From positions 1-60,447 of the forward strand of contig CALRGR010000005.1 in assembly GCA_943357985.1 (NCBI GenBank): a DNA stretch of 60,447 nucleotides, in the 5' to 3' direction. A program made the translations under genes and the position numbers. The notes under the pieces are model-generated. The model had not been told where the DNA came from and did not search any database. It was given only the letters and a program-made list of their open reading frames with translations. Source of the DNA: Candidatus Levybacteria bacterium GW2011_GWA1_37_16 (GTDB taxonomy: Bacteria > Patescibacteriota > Microgenomatia > Levybacterales > UBA12049). The number at the start of each line of letters is the position of its first letter. Positions within the stretch are counted from its first letter, which is position 1. Of this stretch, positions 17,876-27,921 are shown in pieces.

Positions 17876-18002
17876 TCTAATTAAAGAAATTACAACATAG
17901 AGCGTGGAAATGGGTAGGTAGATAAGAAAATTCAATCGTAGAGCTTTCTTGTGGCACTGCGACCGCCCTAAAATTATTGTTAACTCGTGATATAATTGTG
18001 TC

Positions 18003-19208
18003 ATGGATATGCCTCTTGCACAGAGAATGCGCCCAAAAAATTTATTAGACTTTGTAGGTCAGGAACATTTGGTAGGAAAAGATAAGCCGATTAGGCGTAT
18101 GATTGAAAATAAAAAGGTAAGCTCCATGATTTTTTGGGGGCCGCCAGGAGTTGGAAAAACAACACTGGGGCATATTATTGCAAATAGCATTCTGGCAAAT
18201 TTTGTTTTCTTTAGTGCTGTTACAAGCGGAGTAGAGGACGTAAGAAAAGTTATTGTTCAAGCAAAAAAAGATAAAGATAAAGACGAAAAACAAACAGTTT
18301 TATTTGTTGATGAAATTCATAGATTTAACAAAGCCCAGCAGGACGGATTTCTGCCTTTTGTGGAAGACGGAACCATAATTTTAATTGGCGCTACAACAGA
18401 AAATCCCGGGTTTAGAATTAATGCCCCTCTTATTTCAAGAAGCCAGGTTTACAAATTATCAGAACTTGAGGATGAAGACATAGAAAAGCTTGCAAAAAAA
18501 GCTATTAAGTTTTATCCAAAACACAAATGGGCAAAAGAGGCAATTTTGCATATTGTAAAACAGGCCAATGGAGATGGGCGTTCTGCTATAAATGCAGTAG
18601 AGCTTGCCGCAGAAATTGCAAAAAATGTGACTCTTGAGGTTGCGGAGGAGGCAGTACAGCAAAAAGCAATTTATTACGACAAAAAAGGCGATTTTCATTA
18701 CGATACAATCTCTGCCTTCATCAAGTCTATGAGAGGGTCCGACCCTGATGCAGCGCTACATTACCTTGCTAGAATGTTAAAGTCCGGCGAAGACCCTCTT
18801 TTTATTGCCCGAAGAATGGTAATTTTTGCATCAGAAGATATCGGAAACGCTCAACCTACGGCTCTTGTAGTTGCGACTTCCGCTATGCAAGCAGTTCATA
18901 TGATTGGAATGCCGGAAGCACAGCTCATCTTGGCTCAAGCTGCGACTTATCTTGCAAAAGCTAAAAAATCTATTGCTTCAACAGTTGGTATTAGTAAAGC
19001 ATTGTCTGATATAGATGAGGAACGACTCGAACCAATTCCGTTACACCTGAGAAACGCGGCAAATAAGGTAATGAAAAGTTTTGATTATGGCAAAGGCCAT
19101 GTGAGATATCCATGGATGATAGAAAAAGAAAAAGGGGAAAAGGTTAATCAAGAGTATTTACCCAAAACCCTCATGGGCAAAAAGTACTATACAGAAGACT
19201 GGAAATAG
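18003..19208 (+). CDS. rarA: Replication-associated recombination protein A (AAA+ ATPase)
   Basis: [18 protein letters not shown]..., Walker [11 protein letters not shown], Walker [12 protein letters not shown], and MgsA C-terminal motifs ([18 protein letters not shown]). Confidence 0.92.
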   Translation: MDMPLAQRMRPKNLLDFVGQEHLVGKDKPIRRMIENKKVSSMIFWGPPGVGKTTLGHIIANSILANFVFFSAVTSGVEDVRKVIVQAKKDKDKDEKQTVLFVDEIHRFNKAQQDGFLPFVEDGTIILIGATTENPGFRINAPLISRSQVYKLSELEDEDIEKLAKKAIKFYPKHKWAKEAILHIVKQANGDGRSAINAVELAAEIAKNVTLEVAEEAVQQKAIYYDKKGDFHYDTISAFIKSMRGSDPDAALHYLARMLKSGEDPLFIARRMVIFASEDIGNAQPTALVVATSAMQAVHMIGMPEAQLILAQAATYLAKAKKSIASTVGISKALSDIDEERLEPIPLHLRNAANKVMKSFDYGKGHVRYPWMIEKEKGEKVNQEYLPKTLMGKKYYTEDWK

Positions 19209-19302
19209 TTGTCGAAGATCCTGAGTGAGCGAAGTGAGTCGAAGTGTCGGGGCGCTGGCCCGCCTGCCGGCATGTCTGGCGGAGAACCCGTCAAAACTTC
19301 TG

Positions 19303-19374
19303 TCGGGGATGGCAGATTTGAACTGCCGGCCTCACGGTCCCGAACCGTGCGCGCTACCACTGCGCCAATCCCCG
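19303..19374 (-). tRNA. tRNA-Pro (anticodon CGG)
   Basis: The minus strand reads CGGGGAT TG GCGC AGTGGTA GCGC G CACGG TTCGGGA CCGTG AGGCC GGCAG TTCAAAT CTGCC ATCCCCG A. This gives a full cloverleaf with G37. Confidence 0.88.
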
Positions 19375-19467
19375 TCAAGATATTCTTTATAGTTTAAGAT
19401 GATTAGTGCTTGCACTGATGAAACACTCTATAGTGAAGTGCAACGAGCTAAAGTAAGTGAATATCAG

Positions 19468-19539
19468 TGTCCCCGGGCAGAATCGAACTGCCATCAAACC
19501 CTTAGGAAGGGCCTATTCTATCCGTTATACTACGGGGAC
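19468..19539 (-). tRNA. tRNA-Arg (anticodon CCU)
   Basis: The minus strand reads GTCCCCG...GGCCC TTCCTAA GGGTT...GGCAG TTCGATT CTGCC CGGGGAC A. It closely resembles E. coli argW-type tRNA. Confidence 0.85.
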
Positions 19540-19694
19540 TTGTCAAAGCTCGATTTGTTGCCTTCGTCCTTATCCATGCTCGGACTTTGGCTTTTAATCG
19601 GTTTCTCCTCTTTCAAATGCTTCGCATTTGACAAAATGCAAAACAAAATAAGATTGTTTGTATTTTAGCATAAACCAATATAGAATTAAGAAAC

Positions 19695-20432
19695 ATGACA
19701 AAAAAAGAAACTGTCCGCTTTTTGATTCTTAGAACCGTAGGTAATTTCCTCCTTCTCTTTGCAATATTTGGAGTACTTGCAACTTTTGGACCTGCGCTTT
19801 ACTACGAAGCTCTTTTTGGCGTTATGCAGGCAAGAGGAGTGACTTACAAAGTAGCAGCTGCTTCGTCTACTACTATAACTCCTACGTCTGCACTTGGAGA
19901 ACTTTTAAAAAATCAGCAATCTCAACCGTCAAATGTCGTACAAGCTCCTGAATTTGCAACTGTTTTAGCCGGTGCAAAAGAGCAGATATTGATACCTAAA
20001 GATACAGAGTTTGATATTTTGATACCTAAACTTGGAGCAAATGAAAAAGTTTTTTCAAATGTTGACGCATCTTCAGAAAATGAATTTTTGCCGGTTTTAG
20101 CTCAAGGAGTAGCTCACGCAAAAGGAACAGTATTTCCCGGACAAAAAGGAAATATTTACATGTTTGCTCATTCAACAGATAATTTCTGGGATGTTGGTCG
20201 TTATAACGCGGTATTTTATTTAATCAAAAACCTTAATCCTGGAGATGAGATAGTAGTTTTCTTCCAAGGCGTAAGACACAATTACAAAGTTAAAGAATCA
20301 AGAGTTTTTGACGCGCAGGATGTCTCTTTTATTGTAAATGGGCAAAAAGACAAAGAAGTTCTAATTCTTCAGACTTGTTGGCCTCCGGGAACCTCCTGGA
20401 AAAGACTGTTGGTATTCGCCGAACCTAAATAA
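19695..20432 (+). CDS. Sortase family transpeptidase
   Basis: N-terminal TM segment. His-containing FAHS and the catalytic-Cys motif LILQTCWP (TLxTC-like) are both present. Confidence 0.75.
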   Translation: MTKKETVRFLILRTVGNFLLLFAIFGVLATFGPALYYEALFGVMQARGVTYKVAAASSTTITPTSALGELLKNQQSQPSNVVQAPEFATVLAGAKEQILIPKDTEFDILIPKLGANEKVFSNVDASSENEFLPVLAQGVAHAKGTVFPGQKGNIYMFAHSTDNFWDVGRYNAVFYLIKNLNPGDEIVVFFQGVRHNYKVKESRVFDAQDVSFIVNGQKDKEVLILQTCWPPGTSWKRLLVFAEPK

Positions 20433-20454
20433 TAAAGCAACTAGGAACTAGTAG

Positions 20455-21648
20455 TTACTTCAGCCCTATCGTATATAGATTTGGAGGAATTTGCGGGTTG
20501 TTTAAGTTTGTTAGAATTACAATCTTTGAACCGTCAGACCATGGAAATACATAGTTATCTATAAAAGGCCCCGCGTAAATTATTGTGTCATTTGTGCCGT
20601 CAAATTCCATTAAGTGTATTTGAGCATTTGTTATATAGAGAATATGTTTTGAATCCGGAAACCATTTAGCGGAAGCTAATAATTTTTCATTTAAGTTTAT
20701 TTTGTAGTTTTTGTCTTCTTTAATGTCATAGATATAAATAGATCCTTTTTCTATATTTCTTTGTTCCGGTGTTGTCTCAACGCCAAGTAGGCGGGGAATA
20801 ATAATTATAGGAAGACTTGCCGACTGCGACGCAGCGTAAATGATTTTTGTCTCATCTTGTGACCACAAGAGACTTGAAAAATTCTGCTCTACCATCTGTA
20901 TTAGCTTTGGTTTGAGGCCGGTAGTTAATGATTTGTCTTTCTTTGCTTTTTGGCTTGACCACTCTGTTCTTACGTTAAGTATTGTTTCCGTTACATCTTG
21001 CGGGTTTTGATTGAACTGTGACGAGTCTAAAAGGTAGGTAGCGGATAAGCCTGATTGTGCGGATACTGTTGCAAGAAGTTCCGATCCATCTGGGGACCAT
21101 GAAAGCAAAGAAGATGAAAATATGTCCAAGCTGTCATCCGCAATTTGTTTTGAAGAGCTCTGAAGAGTGAGAATTGGAAGAGAAGTCATGTTGAGAATGT
21201 GAATTCCATTTTGCTTGGCGGAGCTTGATGCTTGTGTGAATGCTATTCTTCCTCCTGTTGGATCCATAACAGGCCTCTCAACGCCATCATCTGTTAGATT
21301 TTCAAGTTTTGGTGCGGTTGGGAAAAGAAGCGCGTCAGCTTTTGAGACTACTTCTTTCTCTATCTTTATTGTCTTTTCCCAAGGCAAATATCCTTGTTTT
21401 GTAATTTTTACTTTGTAAGTTCCTGGAGCCAGATTTATTGTACTATCCGTTGCTGTAGTAAGGTGGTCATTTATAAATACCCGGGCTCCATCGGGTTTAC
21501 TGGTTGTAACCAAGAGACCCGTGCCGGAAATTACATTGTCTCCAGGCGAGAAAGACAATCTATAGCCTCGTCCGTACGTTACAACGCCAACAGTTCCAAG
21601 CACCAAAAGGATTAGAACCAAAAGGGGGATAAGAAGTTGTTTCTTCAC
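20455..21648 (-). CDS. PEGA-domain plus beta-propeller (TolB-like) membrane-anchored protein
   Basis: N-terminal TM segment. PEGA-like stretch TSKPDGARVFINDHLTTATDSTINLAPGTYKVKITKQGYLPWEKTI. The C-terminal part has repeated WSPDG/WFPDS-type propeller motifs. Confidence 0.65.
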   Translation of the reverse strand: MKKQLLIPLLVLILLVLGTVGVVTYGRGYRLSFSPGDNVISGTGLLVTTSKPDGARVFINDHLTTATDSTINLAPGTYKVKITKQGYLPWEKTIKIEKEVVSKADALLFPTAPKLENLTDDGVERPVMDPTGGRIAFTQASSSAKQNGIHILNMTSLPILTLQSSSKQIADDSLDIFSSSLLSWSPDGSELLATVSAQSGLSATYLLDSSQFNQNPQDVTETILNVRTEWSSQKAKKDKSLTTGLKPKLIQMVEQNFSSLLWSQDETKIIYAASQSASLPIIIIPRLLGVETTPEQRNIEKGSIYIYDIKEDKNYKINLNEKLLASAKWFPDSKHILYITNAQIHLMEFDGTNDTIIYAGPFIDNYVFPWSDGSKIVILTNLNNPQIPPNLYTIGLK

Positions 21649-21773
21649 CTACGTATTATACAAGGTCAACAATAGTACTTGCAAGATATTGTTGAGCAGA
21701 CTATAATTTTAATGATTGAAGCTATCACTTTATTTTGATAGGTTAAGTGAGTATTTTGATATAGTCTTTTTCT

Positions 21774-22790
21774 ATGATGTCTAAGAGAATTGGTATTGAT
21801 TTGGGAACCGCAAATACGCTTGTTTATCTTGCAGGTGAGGGGGTTGTCTTAAATGAACCCACAGTTGTAGCTGTTACAGCAGAAGATAACAGGGTAGTTG
21901 CGGTTGGAAAAGAAGCAAAGGAAATGCTAGGAAGAACTCCAGGGAATATTGTAGCCATGAGGCCTCTTAAAGATGGGGTAATTGCGGACTATACAATAAC
22001 AGAGGCAATGCTTTCTTATTTTATAGACAAAGCCTGCGGCCGCTCCCGCTTTTTTAAGCCCGAGGTTATGGTTTGTATCCCATCAGGTGTCACGCAGGTT
22101 GAAAGAAGAGCCGTTTTAGACGCAACAATGGCAGCAGGAGCTAAGGTTGCCTATTTAATAGATGAGCCTCTTGCCGCCGCAATTGGAGCTAGAATTCCCA
22201 TTGCTCAAGCTGCAGGGCACATGGTTGTTGATATTGGCGGAGGATCAACAGAGTGCGCAGTAATATCTCTTGGAGGGGTTGTTGTTCATAGCTCGGTTAG
22301 GGTTGGAGGCAACAAAGTTGATGAGGCGATAGCAAATTATACCAAAAAGAAGTTTAACCTTTTTATTGGAGAAAGAACTGCGGAAGAGATCAAAATTGAA
22401 ATTGGAAACGCGCTCATAGAGGATAAAGAAGAAGCAGAGAAGAAGAAAATGGAAATTAGGGGAAGAGATAGCGTAACCGGCTTACCAAGAACAATAGAGT
22501 TAACAGAGACTCAAATAAATGAGGCTATTTCGTCTGTTCTTATGGATATTTTCCAGGCTGTTAAGGGCGTGCTTGAGCAGGCACCACCAGAACTAGCAAG
22601 CGATATTATAGATAAAGGAGTTGTTATGAGTGGAGGAACGTCTCTTCTCAAAAACCTAGACAAATTTATGACTAAAAACACTGGTGTTCCTTGTCATGTG
22701 GCCGAAGATGCGCTTTTGTGCGTAGTTAGGGGTACGGGAGTGGCTTTGGAGAATATAGAGCTCTATAAAAGGAGCATAAGTAGGAAATAG
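21774..22790 (+). CDS. mreB: Rod shape-determining actin homologue MreB (stand-alone copy)
   Basis: IGIDLGTANTLVY, DEPLAAAIGA, VVDIGGGSTE and GVVMSGGTSLLKNLD; 338 aa. Confidence 0.93.
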   Translation: MMSKRIGIDLGTANTLVYLAGEGVVLNEPTVVAVTAEDNRVVAVGKEAKEMLGRTPGNIVAMRPLKDGVIADYTITEAMLSYFIDKACGRSRFFKPEVMVCIPSGVTQVERRAVLDATMAAGAKVAYLIDEPLAAAIGARIPIAQAAGHMVVDIGGGSTECAVISLGGVVVHSSVRVGGNKVDEAIANYTKKKFNLFIGERTAEEIKIEIGNALIEDKEEAEKKKMEIRGRDSVTGLPRTIELTETQINEAISSVLMDIFQAVKGVLEQAPPELASDIIDKGVVMSGGTSLLKNLDKFMTKNTGVPCHVAEDALLCVVRGTGVALENIELYKRSISRK

Positions 22791-23031
22791 GCCATACATA
22801 TCCTATAGTAATTTGCAGTTTATTTTACTTAGGGTAAATAGAACATTAAAATAGTAAATTTTCACGAAGTAGGTAAGTCATAGTATTTTTGTTGTCAGGA
22901 CTTGAAGAACTTATATTTTTTTGGCCTTGCAAGGGTAGGAGTTGGGAGTAAAAGTTGAAAACAATAAGTACTCAAAATATAGATAAAATATGAGTTCACT
23001 AAGTTGTCCAAAAATCTTATAGTAATTTTAT

Positions 23032-23745
23032 ATGTTTAGCAAAAAATATCTTCTTGGCATTGGCTTCACGGACGAAAGTTTATTAGATGTCCTAGAGTAT
23101 ATTTATAAAAGTATCAAAAAAAAGGAAAAAAAGTACTACATTGTTACCCCTAACCCCGAACTTTTGCTGATTTCCAACAAAAATCCTGATTATAAAGCAA
23201 TACTAAATAATGCTGATTTAGCCTTGGTTGATGGGGTAGGTATCATCATTGCCGGCAAGATACTGGGTATACCACTAAAACATAAGATTTCGGGGGTTGA
23301 TTTTGTGAAAAGTGTCTGTAGGTATGTTGCAGAAAAGCCTATAACAGTAGGATTTCTGGGAGCGGGGCCTGGAGTAGCAGAGCAGGCTGCCGAGTGCTTA
23401 AAGAAAGATTATCCGGGTCTTAAGGTGGGATTTACTATGCAAGAGTGGGATGAGGCTAGCCTCAAAAATAATGTTGATATTCTATTTGTTGCTTTTGGGT
23501 CGCCACGACAAGAAATTTGGATAAATGAGCATCTAAGAAATCTGTCTGTGACGGTTGCGGTAGGTGTTGGAGGAGCTTTTGACATGATTAGCGGTAAAGT
23601 ATGGCGTGCACCTGCTCTAGTTCGTCATTTTGGACTTGAGTGGCTTTTCCGTCTCATAATCCAGCCCTGGAGAATAAAGCGTCAGCTTCGGCTTTTGGAA
23701 TTTGTCGGGCTTGTTATTAAGGAAAAGTTTAAAGCCATCGCTTGA
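23032..23745 (+). CDS. WecB/TagA/CpsF family glycosyltransferase
   Basis: 237 aa. Contains VAFGSPRQEIWI, GVGGAFDMISGKVWRAPALVRHFGLEWLFRLIIQPWR. Confidence 0.85.
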   Translation: MFSKKYLLGIGFTDESLLDVLEYIYKSIKKKEKKYYIVTPNPELLLISNKNPDYKAILNNADLALVDGVGIIIAGKILGIPLKHKISGVDFVKSVCRYVAEKPITVGFLGAGPGVAEQAAECLKKDYPGLKVGFTMQEWDEASLKNNVDILFVAFGSPRQEIWINEHLRNLSVTVAVGVGGAFDMISGKVWRAPALVRHFGLEWLFRLIIQPWRIKRQLRLLEFVGLVIKEKFKAIA

Positions 23746-23777
23746 ACTACTTAGTCAAATAAGGTTTAATAAAGGAG

Positions 23778-24671
23778 ATGGATTTTAAATATCTTCAAAA
23801 CCCTCTAACCCGCGGCTGGATTGTGCTTGCACCCAGGCGTGCTAAAAGGCCAGATCAAGCCAAGGGAAGTCTGTCTTATTGTCCTTTTTGTCCCGGTCAG
23901 GAACAATCTGAAGAGGAAGTTTACCGCGTGCCCAATTTAGCCTCCAAAGGCGAGGCCTTGCAAGGATGGCAGATTAGGGTTCTGCCTAATAAATTTCCTT
24001 TTGCGCCCATTCATGAGATAGTAATTCACTCTCCTGATCATCATAAAAACTTTGAAGAACTGCCGGATTCTCAGGTTGAACTTATTTTGCAAACTTTCAG
24101 GCAGCGGTTTCGGGTTCATAAAGATAAAGGGCAGGTTTATATTTTTCATAATCACGGAGAAAAGGCGGGAGAGAGTCTTTCTCATCCACATACCCAGATA
24201 GTCGTGATATCAAATGAAGTTAAGCTTGGTATGCCGCGTTTGGCGATTGGAGAGGAACTTGAAGAGGTTGCAAGAGACCAAGTAGTTAAAGAAACAGCTT
24301 TCTTTCAACTTTTTTGTCCAAAAACAAGTCAATGGCCGGATGAAGTTTGGATTCACCCCAAAGGGGCCTCGTGCTATTTTAGTGAGATATCTGACGAAGA
24401 AATTTCTGACCTTGCAGTTACACTTAAAAGATTAATTCAGATCTTTTCGCTTAGGCATGGAAATGAGTTTCCCTATAACTTCTACATTTATTCTGGCCGG
24501 GATTGGTATTTGAGGTTAATTCCAAGGGATAAAAGTCTTGGTGGTTTTGAAATAGGTACAGGAATTTATATTAACACACAAGATCCAGCAGAAACGATTG
24601 ATTTCATCAAGAAGCATTTTGAGAAAAGTGAAAGTGATATAAGTAGGGCGGAGTATGGAGGAAGCGTCTAA
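23778..24671 (+). CDS. Galactose-1-phosphate uridylyltransferase family (GalT/HIT superfamily) nucleotidyltransferase
   Basis: Zinc-knuckle CPFCPG and active-site SHPHTQIV (HxHxQ). Confidence 0.75.
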   Translation: MDFKYLQNPLTRGWIVLAPRRAKRPDQAKGSLSYCPFCPGQEQSEEEVYRVPNLASKGEALQGWQIRVLPNKFPFAPIHEIVIHSPDHHKNFEELPDSQVELILQTFRQRFRVHKDKGQVYIFHNHGEKAGESLSHPHTQIVVISNEVKLGMPRLAIGEELEEVARDQVVKETAFFQLFCPKTSQWPDEVWIHPKGASCYFSEISDEEISDLAVTLKRLIQIFSLRHGNEFPYNFYIYSGRDWYLRLIPRDKSLGGFEIGTGIYINTQDPAETIDFIKKHFEKSESDISRAEYGGSV

Positions 24672-24674
24672 GAT

Positions 24675-24890
24675 TTAGGCAGTAGGGCTTTTTTGTTGAA
24701 TACCAAGCAGCCACAAAACAGCTTCCTTTTTATATCTTCTGTCGCCTCTTGAATTTATTCTAATTGCAGGAAGTTTTCCTCTTTTACCCCAACGTTTTAT
24801 AGTAAGAGGGGATACTCTTAGGATTTGCGCGACTTCCCGTACGGTTAAAAGATCTGGAAGATTATCTAATGATAGGGTTTGATTGTTCAT
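24675..24890 (-). CDS. Excisionase/MerR-like helix-turn-helix DNA-binding protein
   Basis: LLTVREVAQILRVSPLTIKRWGKRGKLPAIRINSRGDRRY is the typical HTH_17 pattern. Confidence 0.7.
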   Translation of the reverse strand: MNNQTLSLDNLPDLLTVREVAQILRVSPLTIKRWGKRGKLPAIRINSRGDRRYKKEAVLWLLGIQQKSPTA

Positions 24891-25035
24891 ATATTCAAAC
24901 TGTACTTATTATTATCGATGTAACATTAAGATAGTTATAAAGTAACAAAGTATAGCAGTATTGTCAAGCCCCAATTTGTATTTCGAGAAGTTGTATTTGG
25001 CATCAGCCTAAAATTTCTTTACACTAAAACTGAAT

Positions 25036-25389
25036 ATGAGCGGAGAACCAACGCCATCCCAAGACAGTCCTTTTGGTAATCTCAAACGAGTCGATGTACC
25101 AACGCTCGATCAGGAAAGAGCTGCATTCAGGGAAAGAATTGTCGGCCAGGAGGAAGCCGTAGAATCATTTGCCTCTTTATTGGTAAAATTGAGATCCGGA
25201 ATTAGGTCACAAAGTCCCGGACCAATTGACGCAAAATTTTTAGCAGGCCCTATAAAAGAACAAGTAAGAAAAGAATTAACAGCTGAATTAGCTTATGGCG
25301 GAGGCGGTGCGTTTTTGCGTGCTAGAGATATGTACGTTAAGGCAGAGATTGGTACAGTTGAGGAATGGAATCAGTTGCTTAATTCTTGA
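25036..25389 (+). pseudogene. Fragment resembling the start of the second AAA module of a ClpA/ClpB/ClpC ATPase, truncated just before the Walker A loop
   Basis: RERIVGQEEAVESFASLLVKLRSGIRSQSPGPIDAKFLAGP matches the Clp pattern V.GQ..A....A....R.G......P....F.F.GP. The expected TGVGKT does not follow. Confidence 0.4.
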
Positions 25390-25811
25390 TAGAACATAAA
25401 GGCTTTTCCCATCAAAAATCCCGACTACTGGCATCCTGGCAACGAGTTTGCCTTCAGTCTCCGCAAGCCTTCTATAAATACTTGAACACTTAGAATCTTG
25501 GATAGAATTTTGAGTGTGTAGCCCTAGATATAACAGCAGGGAATACGGAATATCTCCAGTGGATTGAATCTACAATAGGCTCATAAGCTAGGAGTTATTT
25601 GTTCTTGTCTTTTACTTTATCTTTGCTTTTCTCGTCGCTTTTGCTTGAGCCTGAGTTGCCTGAACTAGAGTCTGCTGAACTACCGCTAGATTTGCTGTCC
25701 GAACATACCGAGCTACCCGTAGATCCCGATGATCCAGTTATCGCTGAGCTCTTTGATGTAGAGCCTGTGTTTGATGACCCTGAGCCTGAAGAGCCGTTTC
25801 CTACTCCAGTA

Positions 25812-26663
25812 CTACCGGCCAGCTGCATTGCTTGTTCCACCTGATGTGGGTGCGGAAATACTTGGGCCAGTAAATGGTGCGACAGTCTTTCCCCAAGCGT
25901 GATTGAGTGCGTCACAGGCCTCTTTGGTAGTTTGCAGATGCTTTTTATCCGGTCCTATGCAATCACCTTTTGGTACATCTGAACTTTGAGCCTTTGAAAT
26001 AACTTCGGCAAAACTTCCTGAAGCTAGAGAGGCTGAAACTCCAAGATTAAAGGTTACATTGGTTTTGCCCCATGATTTATTGAACGTTTCACAAACTTCT
26101 TTGGATGCGTCAAAATGCTTTTTGTCTGGGCCTATACAGTCTCCGGTAGGCGAATTGTTAGCTTGGGCTATTGATACGGCCTCGGAAAGAGTGACTGGAG
26201 GAGCAATGGGAGAGGCAACGCCTACATTAAACGGCGCAGTGTTCTTTCCCCATGCCTTATTTAAAGCAGTACAGACATCTCCGGTTGTTTGAAAATGCTT
26301 CTTGTCAGGTCCAACGCAATCTCCAGTAGGAGAATTGCCGGTTTGAGATGCTGTAATTGCAGTTGCAACAATAACAGCAGGCGTAGAAGGTGGGGTAGGG
26401 GCGCCAATACTAAAAGCCCCGTTACCTTTGCCCCATGCTTTGTTTAAAGCATCGCAGGTTTCTCTTGTAGTCTGAAAATGTTTTTTATCTGGTCCTACGC
26501 AGTCACCAAGGGGAGAACCACTTGCCTTACTTGTGGAGATAACATCATTTATACTAACAGTAGCAGCGGATGCAACTTTAGGGTAGAGAATAAACAGTAA
26601 TAAGAGAATCGGAAAAATGGACAGTATTTTCTTCATCGATACTATTATGTGAATATTTTTCAC
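25812..26663 (-). CDS. Secreted protein with four ~60-aa tandem repeats, each carrying a conserved Cys pair (SP.GDC[VI]GPDKKH....E.C..[LF]NK[AS]WGK)
   Basis: Signal peptide ILSIFPILLLLFILYPKVASA. The four repeats are visible in the translation. The ORF 25595-25915 in another frame continues as a Ser/Gly-rich, Lys-rich tail. Confidence 0.7.
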   Translation of the reverse strand: MKNIHIIVSMKKILSIFPILLLLFILYPKVASAATVSINDVISTSKASGSPLGDCVGPDKKHFQTTRETCDALNKAWGKGNGAFSIGAPTPPSTPAVIVATAITASQTGNSPTGDCVGPDKKHFQTTGDVCTALNKAWGKNTAPFNVGVASPIAPPVTLSEAVSIAQANNSPTGDCIGPDKKHFDASKEVCETFNKSWGKTNVTFNLGVSASLASGSFAEVISKAQSSDVPKGDCIGPDKKHLQTTKEACDALNHAWGKTVAPFTGPSISAPTSGGTSNAAGR

Positions 26664-26710
26664 AAAATGTCAATATGAAAACTGAGGCTAGAATATAAGA
26701 ATTTAGGTCC

Positions 26711-26742
26711 TGTGAAAACAAAAATCCCGCCAATCGGCGGGA
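26711..26742 (-). terminator. Rho-independent terminator downstream of rplL
   Basis: The minus strand reads TCCCGCC GATT GGCGGGA followed by TTTTTGTTTT. Confidence 0.65.
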
Positions 26743-26814
26743 CCTTTGATAAACTTTAGAAAGAACTACTTAAGTTTAGTTGCTTCCCTCGCTTTCGCTC
26801 GGGACGCTCATGTC

Positions 26815-27207
26815 TTACTTTAGTTCGACACTCGCGCCTGCAGTTGTTAATTTTTCCTTAGCTTCTTCTGCGGTTTTCTTGTTGACTGCTGTCATGATCT
26901 CTTTTGGAGCTGCGTCAACTAAATCTTTAGCATCTTTAAGTCCCAATGTTGGAACTAACTCTCTAAGAGCTTTAATTACACTAATTTTGCTTGATCCGGA
27001 GCTTGCTATAACAACGTTAAAGACTGTTTGTTCTTCTACCGGTTCTCCTGCCTCTGCTGCTTCTTGTCCTGAGTTTGCCGAAGGGGCTGCAGCCATTGCT
27101 GCGGAAACGCCAAACTTTTCTTCCAAAGCTTTTACAAACTCCGAAAGCTGCAGAACTGACATCTCTTCAACTGTTTTTAATAAATCTTCTTGTGATACTT
27201 TTGCCAT
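26815..27207 (-). CDS. rplL: 50S ribosomal protein L7/L12
   Basis: MAKVSQEDLLKTVEEMSVLQLSEFVKALEEKFGV...LKDAKDLVDAAPKEI...; GGAGGGAGG lies upstream. Confidence 0.96.
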   Translation of the reverse strand: MAKVSQEDLLKTVEEMSVLQLSEFVKALEEKFGVSAAMAAAPSANSGQEAAEAGEPVEEQTVFNVVIASSGSSKISVIKALRELVPTLGLKDAKDLVDAAPKEIMTAVNKKTAEEAKEKLTTAGASVELK

Positions 27208-27232
27208 AAATACACCTCCCTCCGATCGGTAA

Positions 27233-27345
27233 TTACTAATTTCAAATTTCTAACCTGCCTCGCGGCAAGGCGGGTCAAATCTAAATGTTCAAAATTTAAA
27301 ACATTAAAAATTGAATAAAAATTAAGAATTAAAAATTATAAATTA
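27233..27345 (+). repeat. Dispersed AT-rich intergenic repeat, copy A (with 21-bp GC hairpin 27254-27274)
   Basis: Sequence: aatttctaa-cctgcctcgcggcaaggcggg-tcaaatctaaatgtt...acattaaaaattgaataaaaattaagaattaaaaattataaatta. It aligns with copies at 31324-31425 and 32546-32659. Confidence 0.85.
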
Positions 27346-27891
27346 TGCTGTTTTCTTTTTTGAAACAGCATCTAGTGTCATGACTAATTTTTGTAAATTC
27401 CAATTTAATGCTCTGTGTAAAGCAAATATTGGAGCTTTAAGTCCACCAACAAGCTTAGCTAAAAGGATTTCACGAGAGGGAAGTGCGGACAATTTTATTA
27501 CGTCTTCTGCACTTGTTATCTTGCCGTCAAGGATTGCAAATTTAATTTTAGGAAGGCTTAGGTCTTTTATTGTTTTTGCAAGCTTTTTAAGAGGTTCTAT
27601 GATGTCTCCGAATAGAAAAAGAGTTCCTGTTGGTCCTTCAAAACCTTTCTCATCTTCTATTTTAAGATTTTTTTGCTCCAAAGCAATCTTTAGAAGCGTG
27701 TTTTTTGTGATTGCAAAGTCGGCATCAAGAGGCTTAATTGCTTTTTTAAGCTCTTCAAGCTGTTTGTGGGTTAATCCCTGGTAGTTTGTAAAGACTACGC
27801 CTTTGGCTTTATCTAATTGCGCAGAAAACTCGGCCACAACAGCCTCTTTTTTAGCTCTATTTTGACTTACTGGTTTTATATCGTCACTCAT
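27343..27891 (-). CDS. rplJ: 50S ribosomal protein L10
   Basis: 182 aa. Contains KKEAVVAEFSAQLDKAKGVVFTNYQGLTHKQLEELKKAIK and sits immediately upstream of rplL. Confidence 0.93.
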   Translation of the reverse strand: MSDDIKPVSQNRAKKEAVVAEFSAQLDKAKGVVFTNYQGLTHKQLEELKKAIKPLDADFAITKNTLLKIALEQKNLKIEDEKGFEGPTGTLFLFGDIIEPLKKLAKTIKDLSLPKIKFAILDGKITSAEDVIKLSALPSREILLAKLVGGLKAPIFALHRALNWNLQKLVMTLDAVSKKKTA

Positions 27892-27921
27892 AAAATAAAA
27901 AACACTTCTACCTAAGAAGTG
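27892..27921 (-). terminator. Hairpin plus U-tract abutting the rplJ start codon (candidate L10-leader attenuator)
   Basis: The minus strand reads ACACTTCT TAGGT AGAAGTGT TTTTTATTTT ATG. Confidence 0.45.

Noticed and set aside
19187-19668. ORFs 19187-19378 (-), 19209-19397 (+) and 19399-19668 (+).
   Set aside because: They overlap tRNA-Pro and tRNA-Arg and a GC-rich repeat copy. Their translations are repeat- or tRNA-derived.
25595-25915. 106-aa Ser/Gly-rich ORF as an independent gene.
   Set aside because: It has no plausible start context, overlaps the end of the repeat-protein gene, and is low-complexity. It is better explained as a frameshifted continuation; see the finding for 25595-26663.
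26780-27232. 150-aa plus-strand ORF.
   Set aside because: It is antisense to rplL, which is unambiguous.
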